Source: Oculina patagonica
Lineage: Eukaryota
Length of the DNA: 64,000 nucleotides
Assembly: GCF_052425735.1 (NCBI RefSeq)
Contig: NC_135761.1
Location: 13,702,001-13,766,000 of the forward strand
Direction: 5' to 3'
Shown here: in pieces, positions 1 through 12,332 of the stretch
How positions within the stretch are numbered: the stretch's first letter is position 1
How the letters are laid out: the number at the start of each line of letters is the position of its first letter
Program-made: the position numbers and the translations under genes
The notes under the pieces: model-generated
The model's database searches: none
What the model saw: the letters and a program-made list of their open reading frames with translations, nothing else
Told to the model about the DNA's origin: nothing

Positions 1-1900
1 AAGTATCGCATATATCTTGTATTATAAATATCTTGTATTTTTTGAGATGTGTCACAAACATTGTGCATCCGTAGTTCCAATAAGTAATATGTAGTTGTCA
101 GCTGATGCCCACAAGCAAAAACATGCAGTTCATGAGAACTCTACTTTTCAAAAATGTTTTCCCTGCTGATAAAGGTGGAAAACTGATTTGGAACCACAGT
201 TCAGTAAAAAAAAACGTCACTTGTCAGTTGTATGTAATGATGTTTGGTATCGTGGCACTTGTATCAAGATATGTATTGTATCGTGATTGATTGATCGTGA
301 GCAAATGTATCATTGCAGTCCTAATCAGGACAGGACGTTTACCTAATTTTTGTACCTTGACATCTCTGAAATGCCCAAGCAGCAAGCCTAGAACTTGGTT
401 AAATCTGCATTTATCAGGGCTCAAAAATACCATTTGGTAGACCTTCTTGGACAAGTACATTCTCCTGCCAGGGAACTAACCTTTCATTCTAACTTGCACG
501 GTGGGCAAGGGCTCTGTTAAATCATCCACTGCCTAAAAGTAAACTTAGACATGCAACTGCCCGGGGCAAGCAAAATTTGAGGGCCTCTTGTCCGAAGGGC
601 AAGCTGGAATTCAAGTTTTTTTCTAGCCCTGTTTATGGATTAAATAACAAAAGTAAGATTCAAGCACCGTAAAGGGCAATTTTTCGAACAAGAGGAGCTT
701 ATATTCTTAAATGGAATGATTGTAGTATAAATAGACTGGCTCATATGAACGTCGGACCTGGAGACCTTTAGACTCCAGACCTCAAATAAATGCTGGTATC
801 TCAAAAAAGCACTAGAGGTGTCTGTTTTGAAAATGTCAACCTTGCGGACCAGCATTTTTTCTTAACCTGGCATTTATTTAGGAATTGAGTTGAGACAAAC
901 TGGTAAGTAGAGCTTTATATTATGTCAGCTAATATCCACATTTAGCTAAATTATAACCATCATGACTTGTATAACATTTTGTTTTGATATTGACTGGTGT
1001 CGTGGGCATCAGACGTTAAAATACACTGGACTGTATTAAGCCCACTCCATATCTCAGACAGAAAAATCCTTCCAAAAATAGGTGTTCCGACCCATATAAC
1101 AAAAAGAGCAATAAAATTTCTTCTGAAGTTACCATTATTGTTTGAGTCATTTTGTAATTTAGTTTTGATGTTTACTGGATTGTTGTAGATCATGTTTTAG
1201 TTTCGCATTATTATGTTTGAAGAGTTTTACATTGCAGTATTTTTATGTGTGTTTTAAAATTCTGAGACACTTTATTCCCTTCCAAATATAAACCAGAATA
1301 TTTTTGAAACGTAAATTCCTTCCAATAACTGTAGGCGCCCCGAAAATAAAGTCCGCCACAAAAAGACTTTAAATTAAATAAATAAATAACCAAGGGCTAT
1401 TATTATCTGAATTTTATATGGTATCGCGGGAAAAAGTATTACAGAACTATTTATTCTATGATTTATTCATGTAAGGGTAATTCTTACAAAAGAACATACA
1501 GACCTGTTATGATGGTAATTCCCAAGGAAAATAGTAAGATGAGAAACTATGGCCTTGCAATAATTTATATGAAGGGAAAGTTCATTCAGAGACAAATGAG
1601 ATTGACTGATATAGTCAAGATTAAATATTTCTCACTAAATTAGGCTGCTCAAAGCATTTGATTTGTTGGAAAACAGCTTAAAGAACAGTGAGGAAAAAAG
1701 TGCGAGGTCTTTGGGGAGAGGAGAAGAGAGAATTCCTAATCTTTGACCTCGAACACTGTCCTGCCAAAATAGCAAAATTTCATTCAACTTATTTCCACTT
1801 TATTTTGCCAAATGCCACCAAATATAGTTGGATAAAAAGTTTGTAAAGAGCAAAGCAGAACCAGTAGTTTTGAGATAAAGTGCAGGATTGCAATGATTTA

Positions 1901-2761
1901 CCGTAAAGTTCCGTGTATAAGCCGCACCCGTAGATAAGCCGCACACCCCATTTGGAAGCTCAAATTTTGAAAAAAAAATATACAGACCATAAATTTTGAA
2001 GTTCAAGTGAAGTTCTATTGGTAAACAATCAAGGGCACACAAGCACAGTTTCGAGACACTGACGCGGTGGTTGTTGCAATGTTTAATATAAATTAAGTCT
2101 TACGAAAGCTAAATTTCACTTGTCATACCTCCTTTTTAGTTTGAGTTCACAATATCTTAAACTTGGATGCCCTCTTGATATCATTTTTTCGAGATTATCA
2201 CTTCTAAACACTCCTGAAACACTTGTAATTCGTTCGAATCGTTCGCGAATGATGAATGCTTAGTAGCCAAGCTCTGTATTGTAGTCTGGGCATTAAAAAC
2301 AAACAAGGCGGCATTTTCTGCAGAAAAAACCACGTTTTTATTTCAAGATTCTTGGAAACTGCTACCCGCAACAGGATAAAAACTTCATGCAGAATAAGAG
2401 TTTGTTAATCCAGCAGATGTATTTGCTGTGAAGGTCAATAAAAAACGGAAGCGGTCGGCCATTTGCCTTGTGAGTATTTGCGTTTATCTTGGTGCCTTTT
2501 CGCACGCGGCGGAAATACATGCTTCGAAGTGACTGGCAGGCTTACTGCAAACAGCTTTGCAGAGGAACTAAAAGGTAGTGAACAACAACAAAGTTTTCAG
2601 TTTGTTATATGTTTATTCAACGATGTCTTGAGAAGTTTCTTTATGAATATTGATTAGGCCTTGAGAACTCCACCAGAGATGTTTCCGTAGATAAGCCGCA
2701 CCCCCGATTTTTGACTTGAATTTAGAGGAAAAAGGTGCGGCTTATACACGGAACTTTACGG
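1901..2761. mobile_element. Non-autonomous Tc1/mariner-pogo-like DNA transposon (TA TSD)
   Basis: 28-bp TIR ccgtaaagttccgtgtataagccgcacc at 1901 with its reverse complement ending at 2761; TA on both flanks; internal repeats of the ataagccgcac motif; no transposase ORF. Confidence 0.85.
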
Positions 2762-4322
2762 TAGATAGATTTCCATTTTGACTCGATTAAACGCCTTGGC
2801 GTGTAATAAATTTTTAGCGTTTCTGATGCGGCATTTATTCAAGATGACTTTTATATCAAAATCATATTTCTTAAATCACTGACAACAATTTTGGTAAATT
2901 ATTTGTAAATATTATGTCAAACAGGAACAAGTTTAATGTCTCGTTATTTTGCTGAGACTTTGCAAGGATGGTGTAGATTACGGAGTTGTGTCATACTACA
3001 GATTTTAGTTTCGCAGATTTAAGAAATTGGGCTGATTTTCGTCCTCTCAATTCAGATCAGGCAAAGAAAATCAGGCCAAAGAGTTGCGGCATGTAAATTT
3101 GTTTGAAACAATTCAGGCCCACAAATCGTAGCGTGTAAACCAGCCTTAAGTGGAAGCCTATGATGCACTTCCTTGGTTTCTAATATGTGTAAGCTAGATT
3201 CTTGCCAGTTTACGAGAGAGCTGCAAAAAGTATAAATTTTATCAAAACAAGTTGCGAAAAAAATGAAGGCTATTAGCGACTCCTAACAGCTAACAGACAG
3301 GGTTTCCAATCAACACAATATCATGACCTCAAAATCACATTGAAAATGACATGGTTTCAAAGTGTTTACATTCAACTTATCTATTAACTGTTTTCCAAGT
3401 GTTTTCAATTGTGATTGTATAAGCAAGCGCTGTACTCTGTGCGACGTTCACTTTGTTTACTCTTTGCAAGCCAGTCAATTTCACACCAAAATACATATAA
3501 TCATTTTTAAATGGATGCAGTTTTGCTGCTTTTGACCATTTACATGGCCAATGAAACTATCGTTTTCAGAATGACCCGGTTTCAGTGGTTGTCTTGATTG
3601 GCGCAGTGCAAGCAGTTATGCCTTTTGTTTACAACGCTATAAATTTGAGCCCGATGTATCAAATACCTTTTCTGTGACGCAGGTTTGAAAACTTGATATT
3701 TAACAAAGAATGGATGGGCTCATTGGCGCTGAAAATTTTTCAGTTTTTGAATGCATATGTCTCCTTAAATATTGCACACAAAGAGCTGAAAATATTGCCA
3801 ATAATTAAGTTTCACAAGCTCTTTAAACATCTGGAGGCACTTTGTATATAGCATGATGCCTTCTCAATGCGGAGTCATATGTAAACAATGACATCAGTAA
3901 AAGTCGCCCTATAACAAATTCTTGAGGCAGACATTATGATTTGTCAGCCAGCAGTTGGCTTACTTGTTAAGGTCAATTTACCTGTTGCAATTTGTCAGCC
4001 TTGCTTTATTGGCATTGCCCAGTTTATGAAATTGTTGCACTTAAACAGAGTTTAAAAATTAAACCAAAGTTATCTGCACACTCAAATTTGGGCCAAATCA
4101 AAGTGAATAAAATAGTTAGTATTGGTCTTAAAATGTTGAGGTATGGTCATTGTACTTAAAAAGGGAGTTTGGTAGCATGCTCCCCCCCCCTCCCTTTCTT
4201 ATTTTGAGACTCACCAGCCTACATTGTGTGTAGATTTCTGTTTAAACTGGGTTTGTTCTTCTTCCAAAACACCATGGTGCATGATGAGGTGGCATTGTTT
4301 AATTTTTGTTTTCCTTTTCCAG

Positions 4323-4377
4323 CTTTTTGGACAGGGTGGACACAGTCAAGCAGGCTGACTACTTGCCAGTGGAACAG
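4323..4377 (+). CDS. GNAS: G protein alpha-s subunit, internal exon (equivalent to human exon 7)
   Basis: ag|...|gt, 55 bp, FLDRVDTVKQADYLPVEQ; upstream exons are not recognisable in this window. Confidence 0.93.
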
Positions 4378-6159
4378 GTAAAGCGTTGTGAACCTCAAGA
4401 TTTTACAGTCGTGCCAAGCGAAGTGTACCTTACTAGAGTACATTAATGAATTGATTATATGAAATTTGAATCCATTAGTCAATGTCAAGAAAGCAAACCT
4501 GCCAATCAATGTTTGAATCAAAATTTAGTTTTCGATCTCATATGCCTGATTTGAAACAAAGAGAAGGTGAAAATTTGAATTTGTCTTTCTATTTGTTTCA
4601 TCTAATAATAAGTGTAAAAACGTATGGTCTGTGATCAGAAAGTAAATTTTATTCGAACATTGATCGGCACTATGTATTCTTGAAATTGACAAACAGATTC
4701 AAATTTCAAATAATCAATTTGTTAAATAAATGTCCTCTTATCTGGGGGCATGCTTCACTTGGCACACCTGTAATAGTGACCCTGCAAGAATATCAACTGT
4801 CTGAAAGGATCGAAAAACCTCAATAAGGGAAGCAATGGTTAATAACCCACTGTTGATGTATGATTAAAGCAGTCAAGAGGGCCAGCAACTAAAATCAACC
4901 AATCAAAATGCTTAATTATTGCCAGTTCAATATTTCCTAAATTAATATTGGCTCGGTCAAAGTTTCTACAACTTTTTAATGTAATAAAACTGTTTTTAAC
5001 CAAGCATGCTCGGGATTGGCACTATAATTATCTTCTCTAGATGAACTTCACTTCACTCAGTCTGAACTTTTAAGACGTGTCTAGGGGCAATAATTCTCCC
5101 AGTATGACCCTCGTTCTTGGTTAATAAGATACAGTATGATAACAATTTTTCAACAAAAAGAACTTTTCTAGAGCATTTCATGGTAGCCATGTTGTGTTCC
5201 ATAACAGTAGGAAATGCTTGTGAATAGAACTCAGTTCATAAAAAATTAATAGAAAAATTTGGGAACACCAACTTGACTGCTGTAAATGAGAGTACAAAGG
5301 AATTGGCAATCTGGGACATAAAACATCCAATTAAATACATTTGTACCATTCTAGTTACAAATGTGTGTATGTTTTGATGTTCACTTGCTTGCCCTCTACA
5401 TGCTCATTAAAGTTCTGAAAATAACAAGCCTAGACCGGTGGAAACCCAAAAGTTATGATCTTGTAATTTTGCTGCCACAGTGGCTCAGACCCCAGAGCTC
5501 ATTACCTTGACTCCTTCCTTAAATGACCCTGGGCAGGGTACCTGAGATTCAACCCGAACATTTTCACCCTGAGGACATTGTTCTATAGATATTGTACAGT
5601 TAATCAAATTGGTTGTTAGGGGGCTTTCATTTATTAGTGTATGGGAGGGGGGTGGCAAGATTGTGAGGGGGGGGTTACATTATTTTGGGAAGCTTAGTAG
5701 GGGGGGGGGGGTTACAGCAAATTATGGAAAAAAAAATAAAAAAAAATAAAAAAAGCTTTGGGTGAATAACTGAAGGGATGTGACATTTTTCCTACCTAGG
5801 GGCAGCTGGGTAGCATTTGGAAGAAACTTCTAGTGATTTTGCCTACCTCCCCCCAATGCACTTATTTGCACACAAAAATTGAAAACCAAGGAACAAGTCA
5901 GAGACACTACATGAATCTCTGCAAAATAATGTCGTCAGTATAGTCTTTTTTGGAGGGAGGGGGGGGGGGTGGAGTTGAAAGTCAGAAATTTGGTCTTCTG
6001 AGGAAAAATCAGACTAGAAACTAGAAGAGAATTGGATGTTAAAAAGAACAATAAAGATATTGAAACCCTAAATGCTTCCCCAGGCCTGTACACGGGTGTT
6101 GCAAACCACTGACAATGCATTTTTGTTTAACCCTTATAGTTGCATTTTATGTATCTTAT

Positions 6160-6163
6160 TATC

Positions 6164-6237
<74 letters not shown>
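6160..6237. repeat. (TAT)n microsatellite
   Basis: direct reading of the tattattat run just upstream of a GNAS acceptor. Confidence 0.95.
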
Positions 6238-6239
<2 letters not shown>

Positions 6240-6269
6240 ATTTTGCTTTACACAAATTGTTTCCTCCAG

Positions 6270-6343
6270 GATCTGCTCAGATGTCGTGTACTGACATCAG
6301 GAATCATTGAAACAAGATTTCAGGTTGACAAAGTGAAGTTCCA
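6270..6343 (+). CDS. GNAS: G alpha-s exon (switch I)
   Basis: 74 bp, [25 protein letters not shown] with the catalytic Arg; cag|...|gtaagt. Confidence 0.96.
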
Positions 6344-6693
6344 GTAAGTGCTATTTTGTTCTGTTCTGGTTTAATTATTTTTTACTTTGTCAGTGTAATG
6401 TGACTTGTACCTTCCTTCAGTGTGGTGGTTTTATTTTACACCTTGGGCCATATATTGCAAGGCAAGAAAGACACTTATGTCTAACAAAAACCTCCCATAT
6501 AAAATAATAAAAAACATTTGTATTTTATAGTATTTACCTATATGTAGTTGAGAGTGATACTCACACAACAGGAGCTTCAAAATTCCCTGCTGTGACAAAA
6601 GAATTGCACTGTTTGCACACAGTCAAAAATGAAAATATGTTGGCGAAGACCCGTCATTTATTATGAAATATAAAAATTTTGCTCAAAAAATAA

Positions 6694-6870
<177 letters not shown>

Positions 6871-7020
6871 TAAAAATACATACATGTACTGCTAGAGATT
6901 AAAATTAATACAGTTTTGAAGAGGCTTCATGTGTGACCATCTCATGTAAGGGACTGCCTCCCGTAAGCGACCACTTTTCCACGATACAAAAATGTTCCCA
7001 GTGAGAACATTATTATAAAA

Positions 7021-7356
7021 CAGTTGAACCCTGCTAATTCCAATACACGGATCCAGAGTTTCAGACTTCCGGTCAAAATTCAAAAGAAAAGTGAGACTCA
7101 TTAAGTCAGGCTATTGTGTTTTGCGATGTTTAACAATGGTCTGACTTAATGAGTGCTCACTTTTCCTTTGAATTTGGACCGGAAGTCTGAAACTCTGGAT
7201 CCATGTATTCAGTTACTTTGAATTCTCTGTTATTTCTAAAACCCATTTCCCTTGGATTTGCCCTTCAGTCATTTACTATCGGCTATTTTGAACTTCCGGT
7301 ATTTCAAACTATTTTTTTTGTTTTCCTCTAACTGCTTGAAATAACGGGTTCAACTG
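7021..7356. mobile_element. Tc1-like MITE with a nested hairpin MITE (7042-7209)
   Basis: outer ends cagttgaaccc / gggttcaactg; inner near-perfect inverted repeat aatacacggatccagagtttcagacttccggtc ... gaccggaagtctgaaactctggatccatgtatt. Confidence 0.7.
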
Positions 7357-7804
7357 TAGTTGAAAATTTCTTGAAGTGCCCGCCTCTCATAAGTGACAAA
7401 AACCACTTTTAGGGCTAATGCAATGAGAATAATACATAATACAAATAATAAGAATACTTCACAAGTGACCTTCCAAAGCTGTTTATATTATACAATACAT
7501 ATTTACATAGATAATTATATAATTTTTTTTTCTTTTATACAATTTTGCGTTCACACACACATTTTAAGGAGCGCTTGCGCTCCTAGGTGTCGCATGGTTA
7601 AATAAAGTATTGTTGTTGTTGCTGTTGTTGTTGTTGTTGTTTTAGGTTTAAGGTTCCCATAAGTACAGAAATTTCAGTAACACAATTATTTAATTAAGGA
7701 ACTCAGAGACAGTGATCTGCTTTGTGAATTGTGTTTGAAAATTGTAAAAAGTTTGGTGACACTAGAGGTCAGTGCTTTCAATGAGCACCTTAGCTGCTTT
7801 GCGG

Positions 7805-8068
7805 GAAGCAGGGATGGCACAGTGGTGAGAGCGCTCACCTCCTACCAATGTGACCCGGGCTTGATTCAGGCCTGGTGCCATACATGGGTTGAGTTTGTTG
7901 TTAGTTCCCGCCTTGCCCCGAGGGTTTTTCTCCGGGCTCCCCAGTTTTCCTCCCTCCACAAAACCCAACATTTCCAAATTCCAGTTTGACCTGGATAGAA
8001 GACCTGCATGAAAACCAGCTAGAGCTGATGTGATTTCCTCTCTAAATATAGTAATTTATTTATTATTT
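7805..8068 (+). mobile_element. tRNA-derived SINE (V-domain-like)
   Basis: A-box tggcacagtgg, degenerate B-box, gggtttttctccgggctccccagttttcctccc core, (ttta)n tail; related copy at 24148-24445. Confidence 0.8.
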
Positions 8069-8342
8069 CGCTCTACTTTGCTCAAAGAAGTGGCTACTTT
8101 TTTCCTAAACTGAAGTTATTGTAGAAAGAAAGTTTGAAACAGTCGGTTACTCTACTCATAACCAGCTACTTCACATATTACCTGACCAAATTATTGTGAT
8201 AACAAGATGGCGCCCACTGTGCCAACGTGTACTGAGCTCACCCAACATGTGCGAAGAAGGCAAGTGTGTTGTTGTTACACTGAGGGCTAGTCACTGTCTG
8301 ATGACAGACAGAGATCGTCGCAACTCTCTTTTTTTTTTTCCG

Positions 8343-8404
8343 ATGTTACAGCTAAATTTGTGTTTCTGCAGTAGTTACAATTTGATACTAAGAGATGATA
8401 GCAG
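8343..8404 (+). pseudogene. Degenerate tandem copy of the GNAS exon at 8896-8966
   Basis: atgttacagc...gcagtagttacaatttgatactaagagatgatagcag|gtgaga aligns to the real exon; acceptor reads cg instead of ag; upstream intron sequence is also duplicated (8130-8175 vs 8750-8800). Confidence 0.85.
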
Positions 8405-8419
8405 GTGAGAATGAGCCCA

Positions 8420-8743
8420 ATTTGTTGTTATCGACCGCATCACTGTCGTACAAATCTAAAGCAGTTTACAATACTTTTCCAGGGTCCTAAAATTTGGAAT
8501 TCTCTACCAGAATCGATCACTGGTTCGAGTAGCTTCTCTTCTTTTAAGAAAAATGAGTCTGAAATTGGCGAAGCTGCACATTCACAGCGAAATTACTAAC
8601 TTATTGCTAACCCAAGGTGGCCTCCCCCATAAGCCTTGTGGTTTCTTGGAGGTCTCCTTGCCCTATCTTTTTAAGTTATTTTAATTTGTATGTTTAATTC
8701 TGAAGTGGCAAATAAATGATGATGATGATGATGATGATGATGA
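8420..8743 (+). mobile_element. 5'-truncated CR1/L2-type LINE 3' end
   Basis: peptide CRTNLKQFTILFQGPKIWNSLPESITGSSSFSSFKK resembles the C-terminus of CR1/L2 ORF2; followed by aataaa and a (tga)n tail. Confidence 0.75.
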
Positions 8744-8895
8744 AAGATAGTTTCAAACAGTCGGTTACTCTACTCAAACCAGCTGCCTACTTCACACTTG
8801 AGGGGAACTAAGTTTTCACTTGTCTGATGTACAAAGACTTCAGTATAGATCTTTGGCTGTGTAACTAAGCAACTCTCTGTTTTCTTTGTTTTCAG

Positions 8896-8966
8896 ATGTT
8901 ACAGCAATAATATTTGTGGTTGCATGCAGTAGTTACAATTTGGTACTAAGAGAAGATCCCAGCCAG
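8896..8966 (+). CDS. GNAS: G alpha-s exon
   Basis: 71 bp, [24 protein letters not shown]; ttcag|...|gtgagt. Confidence 0.96.
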
Positions 8967-9517
8967 GTGAGTATGGTCAGCCCCCACACTTTGTTGCTGG
9001 TCAACAAAATGATTCCTAGCTAGCAGTATGCATGGAATATATCACGTTCTAACCTACTGTAGTTATTTAACAATTATTCCACAAGCGCGAGTTGGCTATA
9101 ACAATCTCATATCCAACAAATGTGAGTGGAATAATTGTTTTATTAAAAAGCCCAAAGAATTGCAATATTTGAGCTCCCCAGCTGTTTTTTGACGCGTATT
9201 GGCTACTTTATTTGTGGTGAATGGTATATGAGCTCATATACCATTGCCTGTTAACCAATCAAAACTCAGGAATTGCAATATACCTTTGCTAGTTGTTAAT
9301 AAACAGCCTATAGCTAACTCCCGTGAGTCTGTAGCACAGTGGAAGAGCATCCGACCAGAGTGCAAAAGGTCATAGGTTTGATTCCTGTTGAGAGAACTCA
9401 GGATTTATTTTGGAATGTACTATTTTGGAAATTCCTGAAAATTGGCTTGCCAAAGCTCCTGAACAATGTATCATTACTTACGAAAAACCTAATTAGAGTG
9501 ACATCTTTTCTTTTCAG

Positions 9518-9567
9518 AACCGGTTGAAGGAATCTCTTGAATTGTTCAAAAGTATTTGGAATAACAG
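9518..9567 (+). CDS. GNAS: G alpha-s exon
   Basis: 50 bp, NRLKESLELFKSIWNNR; ttcag|...|gtttgt. Confidence 0.95.
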
Positions 9568-10235
9568 GTTTGTGATTCCACTATCCTTCATTTGACTGAA
9601 GCAAGACTAGCTGTTTCCACCCTTATAGTGTAATAGTCATGGTTAAAGTCTGGTCAGGATCAACGTGTTTTGTTATTATGCTTGTGGTTTGTCTTTCCAA
9701 ACAAAAGTAAAGTACCGGGTATTTGGGTCCTGGCAAATTTTAAGTACACGTCATGGAAAACCTGGAAAGTCATGGAACTTTAGAATTTCATTTTCCAGGC
9801 CTGAAAAGTCATGAAAGTTAAGCGTGGGTCATGGAAAGTCATGGAAATGGTATTGATTGGACAAAATAAATTCTAAGGCAGGTTATTTTTTGTGAAGAAA
9901 AGGGTAAAAAAACGTCCCCGATATCATGATAATTTTTAAAAATTTCCAAGAAAAATGGTAAAATTTAGGTCATGAAAAAGTTTGGAAAAGTCATGGAAAT
10001 TCAAAAACTCGAGAGTACAAACCCTGAAGTACAATCCGACCATGTTGCCAGGAGTAATGGTTGATGGCTATAAGTAGTATTCCATCGAGGGGGAGTAGCA
10101 ATACATTTTAGCTGCTTTATGCTATAAAACCAGAGTTGAATCCCTCCATATTGTGCCTGGCCATACCTTTTGTTATTGTTGATGTTTTACTGGAGAACAC
10201 AGAAAATAAACTTGTAACTTTTTTCCCCTCACCAG

Positions 10236-10366
10236 ATGGCTGAGAACAATCTCAGTAATATTGTTTCTCAACAAGCAAGACTTGTTAAAAGAAAAGGTGC
10301 GGGCTGGCAAGTCCAAGATTGAGGACTATTTCCCGGACTTTGCTCGTTACAGAACTCCTCCAGATG
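10236..10366 (+). CDS. GNAS: G alpha-s exon (G4 NKQD)
   Basis: 131 bp, [43 protein letters not shown]. Confidence 0.97.
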
Positions 10367-10783
10367 GTGAGCACAGTAGTATTGTTTGTTTTGTAGCAAC
10401 CAATTTCCTAAAGAATAACTTGTTATAAATGAAACTCCATGTTATGTTTTTTTTTTTTTTTAATTTTATGGTGGCAGTGCCACAGTTATCAGTGACATTT
10501 TACTGTTAGTAGTCTTTCCATAACTACACCATTCTACATGTAACTTACCATAAGTCATTGCAATATAGAGAAAAAAGAAATGGAAAAGGGTGTCAGCAGG
10601 AAGGAATGTAATCCTCATGTAAAGCTGATCCCCTAGAGAACAAAATAATAATATAGTGGGGTGTAAATCCAGGATAACCAGAAATTTCTGCAAGTTTTTA
10701 GTTAAATGGTAAGCACCCCTGACTGCTAAGTTTGTCATCCTGGGCTCTCACTGATGACTTTATCTTTCTTTTGTTTCCTATAG

Positions 10784-10851
10784 CCACGGCAGAGCCTGGG
10801 GATGAGGAATCAGTGACAAGAGCTAAATATTTTATTCGTGATGAATTCCTT
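10784..10851 (+). CDS. GNAS: G alpha-s exon
   Basis: 68 bp, ATAEPGDEESVTRAKYFIRDEFL; tag|...|gtaagt. Confidence 0.96.
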
Positions 10852-11494
10852 GTAAGTAAAGCATTGCTGTATTGTTTTGTTAGATATCTTGATTATGAAG
10901 CTGTCCTGGAAAACCCTAAATCTGGTTTTAACCGAGTCAAAATAAAAGTTGTGAATGTTGTTTTACTTGTGAGTTAAAGTGTATGAAACTCTCAGTGAGT
11001 TCAAGAAGAACTGTGAAAAAACTGTGAAACTTAAATGGAACATACATGTAGCTGCTTGTTGTATTATTCACAATTCCAGAGTTAAAGAGCGGAGATTTTT
11101 TATTTGAGCCATTGTACATTAGCATCCCCACCCTCCCCACCCTTGTACAATGTACTAGTAGTTGGATAAATTTTAAGCAGAAGAAATAATTATGTTTCAC
11201 TTTGGAGTGGTCAAAAGTCCAGCATGATGTGTTGTGTGACTTTATGTTTGAATCTTTACGTTTATATCAAAGTTATTCCCTTCCCTGGTTTGCATTTGCT
11301 TGGCTCACTTGTTTATTTGTGTGATGGTATTCTGCTAATGTGAAGATTAAAAAAGCTTGAAAGTAATCTAAAAATAGACGAGAGCGAGAGCACAAGCCTA
11401 TATCTTCATGTTGGTTTATGATCTTGTAATCATCTCTTCACTTCCTAATGGATTCCTGTCGTCTATTAATGTTTTCAAGACAGCATTAATTTTT

Positions 11495-11710
11495 TAAGTT
11501 CATTGTCAATGTCAAGTGCGATGGCTATTTATGAATATGTTTATGGGGCGTGAAGAATGAAGTGAAGTATTTAAACATTAATAGAGGTATAATGCGTTCC
11601 TAAAAAAGAAAACAAATTATTTTCAAAATACTTCACTACATTCTTCATGCTCTATTATAAAATCACATTCATAAATAGCCATCACACTTGACATTGATAC
11701 TGAACTTGAA
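11495..11710. repeat. Degenerate inverted repeat (MITE remnant)
   Basis: aagttcattgtcaatgtcaagtgcgatggctatttatgaat pairs with attcataaatagccatcacacttgacattgatactgaactt. Confidence 0.7.
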
Positions 11711-12170
11711 AATGCTGGCATGAAGACAGGGAAATGTTGTTCTCTACTAAGATCGTCACGGAGTTTTTTTATGATATTAAATTTTGTCAAATATTTGATA
11801 TGAAACTAAATGTTTGCAAAGAAACTAATTCTATAATTTTTAATGACAAAACCATAGCTTGATTGCAGCCAAATGTGTCTCCCGGACGTTATAATTTAAA
11901 GTTACAAGCAAGCAAGACTATCTTTGAAAACTGTTCAGCCCAACAGTATTTCAAAAACCTATATTGCAACTCGTTTCAATCTTCGTTACCTTTGGCCATC
12001 CGTACCTTCTTTTGTATTTGCTGTGTTATTGAAATGTTCCTTCAATGTTTTAAGCGGTTATTTTTATATTTCACCGAATTTGATGGTTCCCATGCCTAAA
12101 TTTGGCTAAAATCTGTGGCACAGTCCCTTTTAAGTATAACTTGGATTTGATGGTAATTTGTAATTGTTAA

Positions 12171-12332
<162 letters not shown>

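Noticed and set aside
1-4320. Short ORFs and possible earlier GNAS exons
   Set aside because: No Gs-alpha-like peptide with splice sites was found; the region reads as intron with transposon remnants
7805-7880. tRNA gene-like A/B boxes (also 9328-9410 and 24148-24225)
   Set aside because: They continue into SINE bodies or are degenerate; no clean cloverleaf
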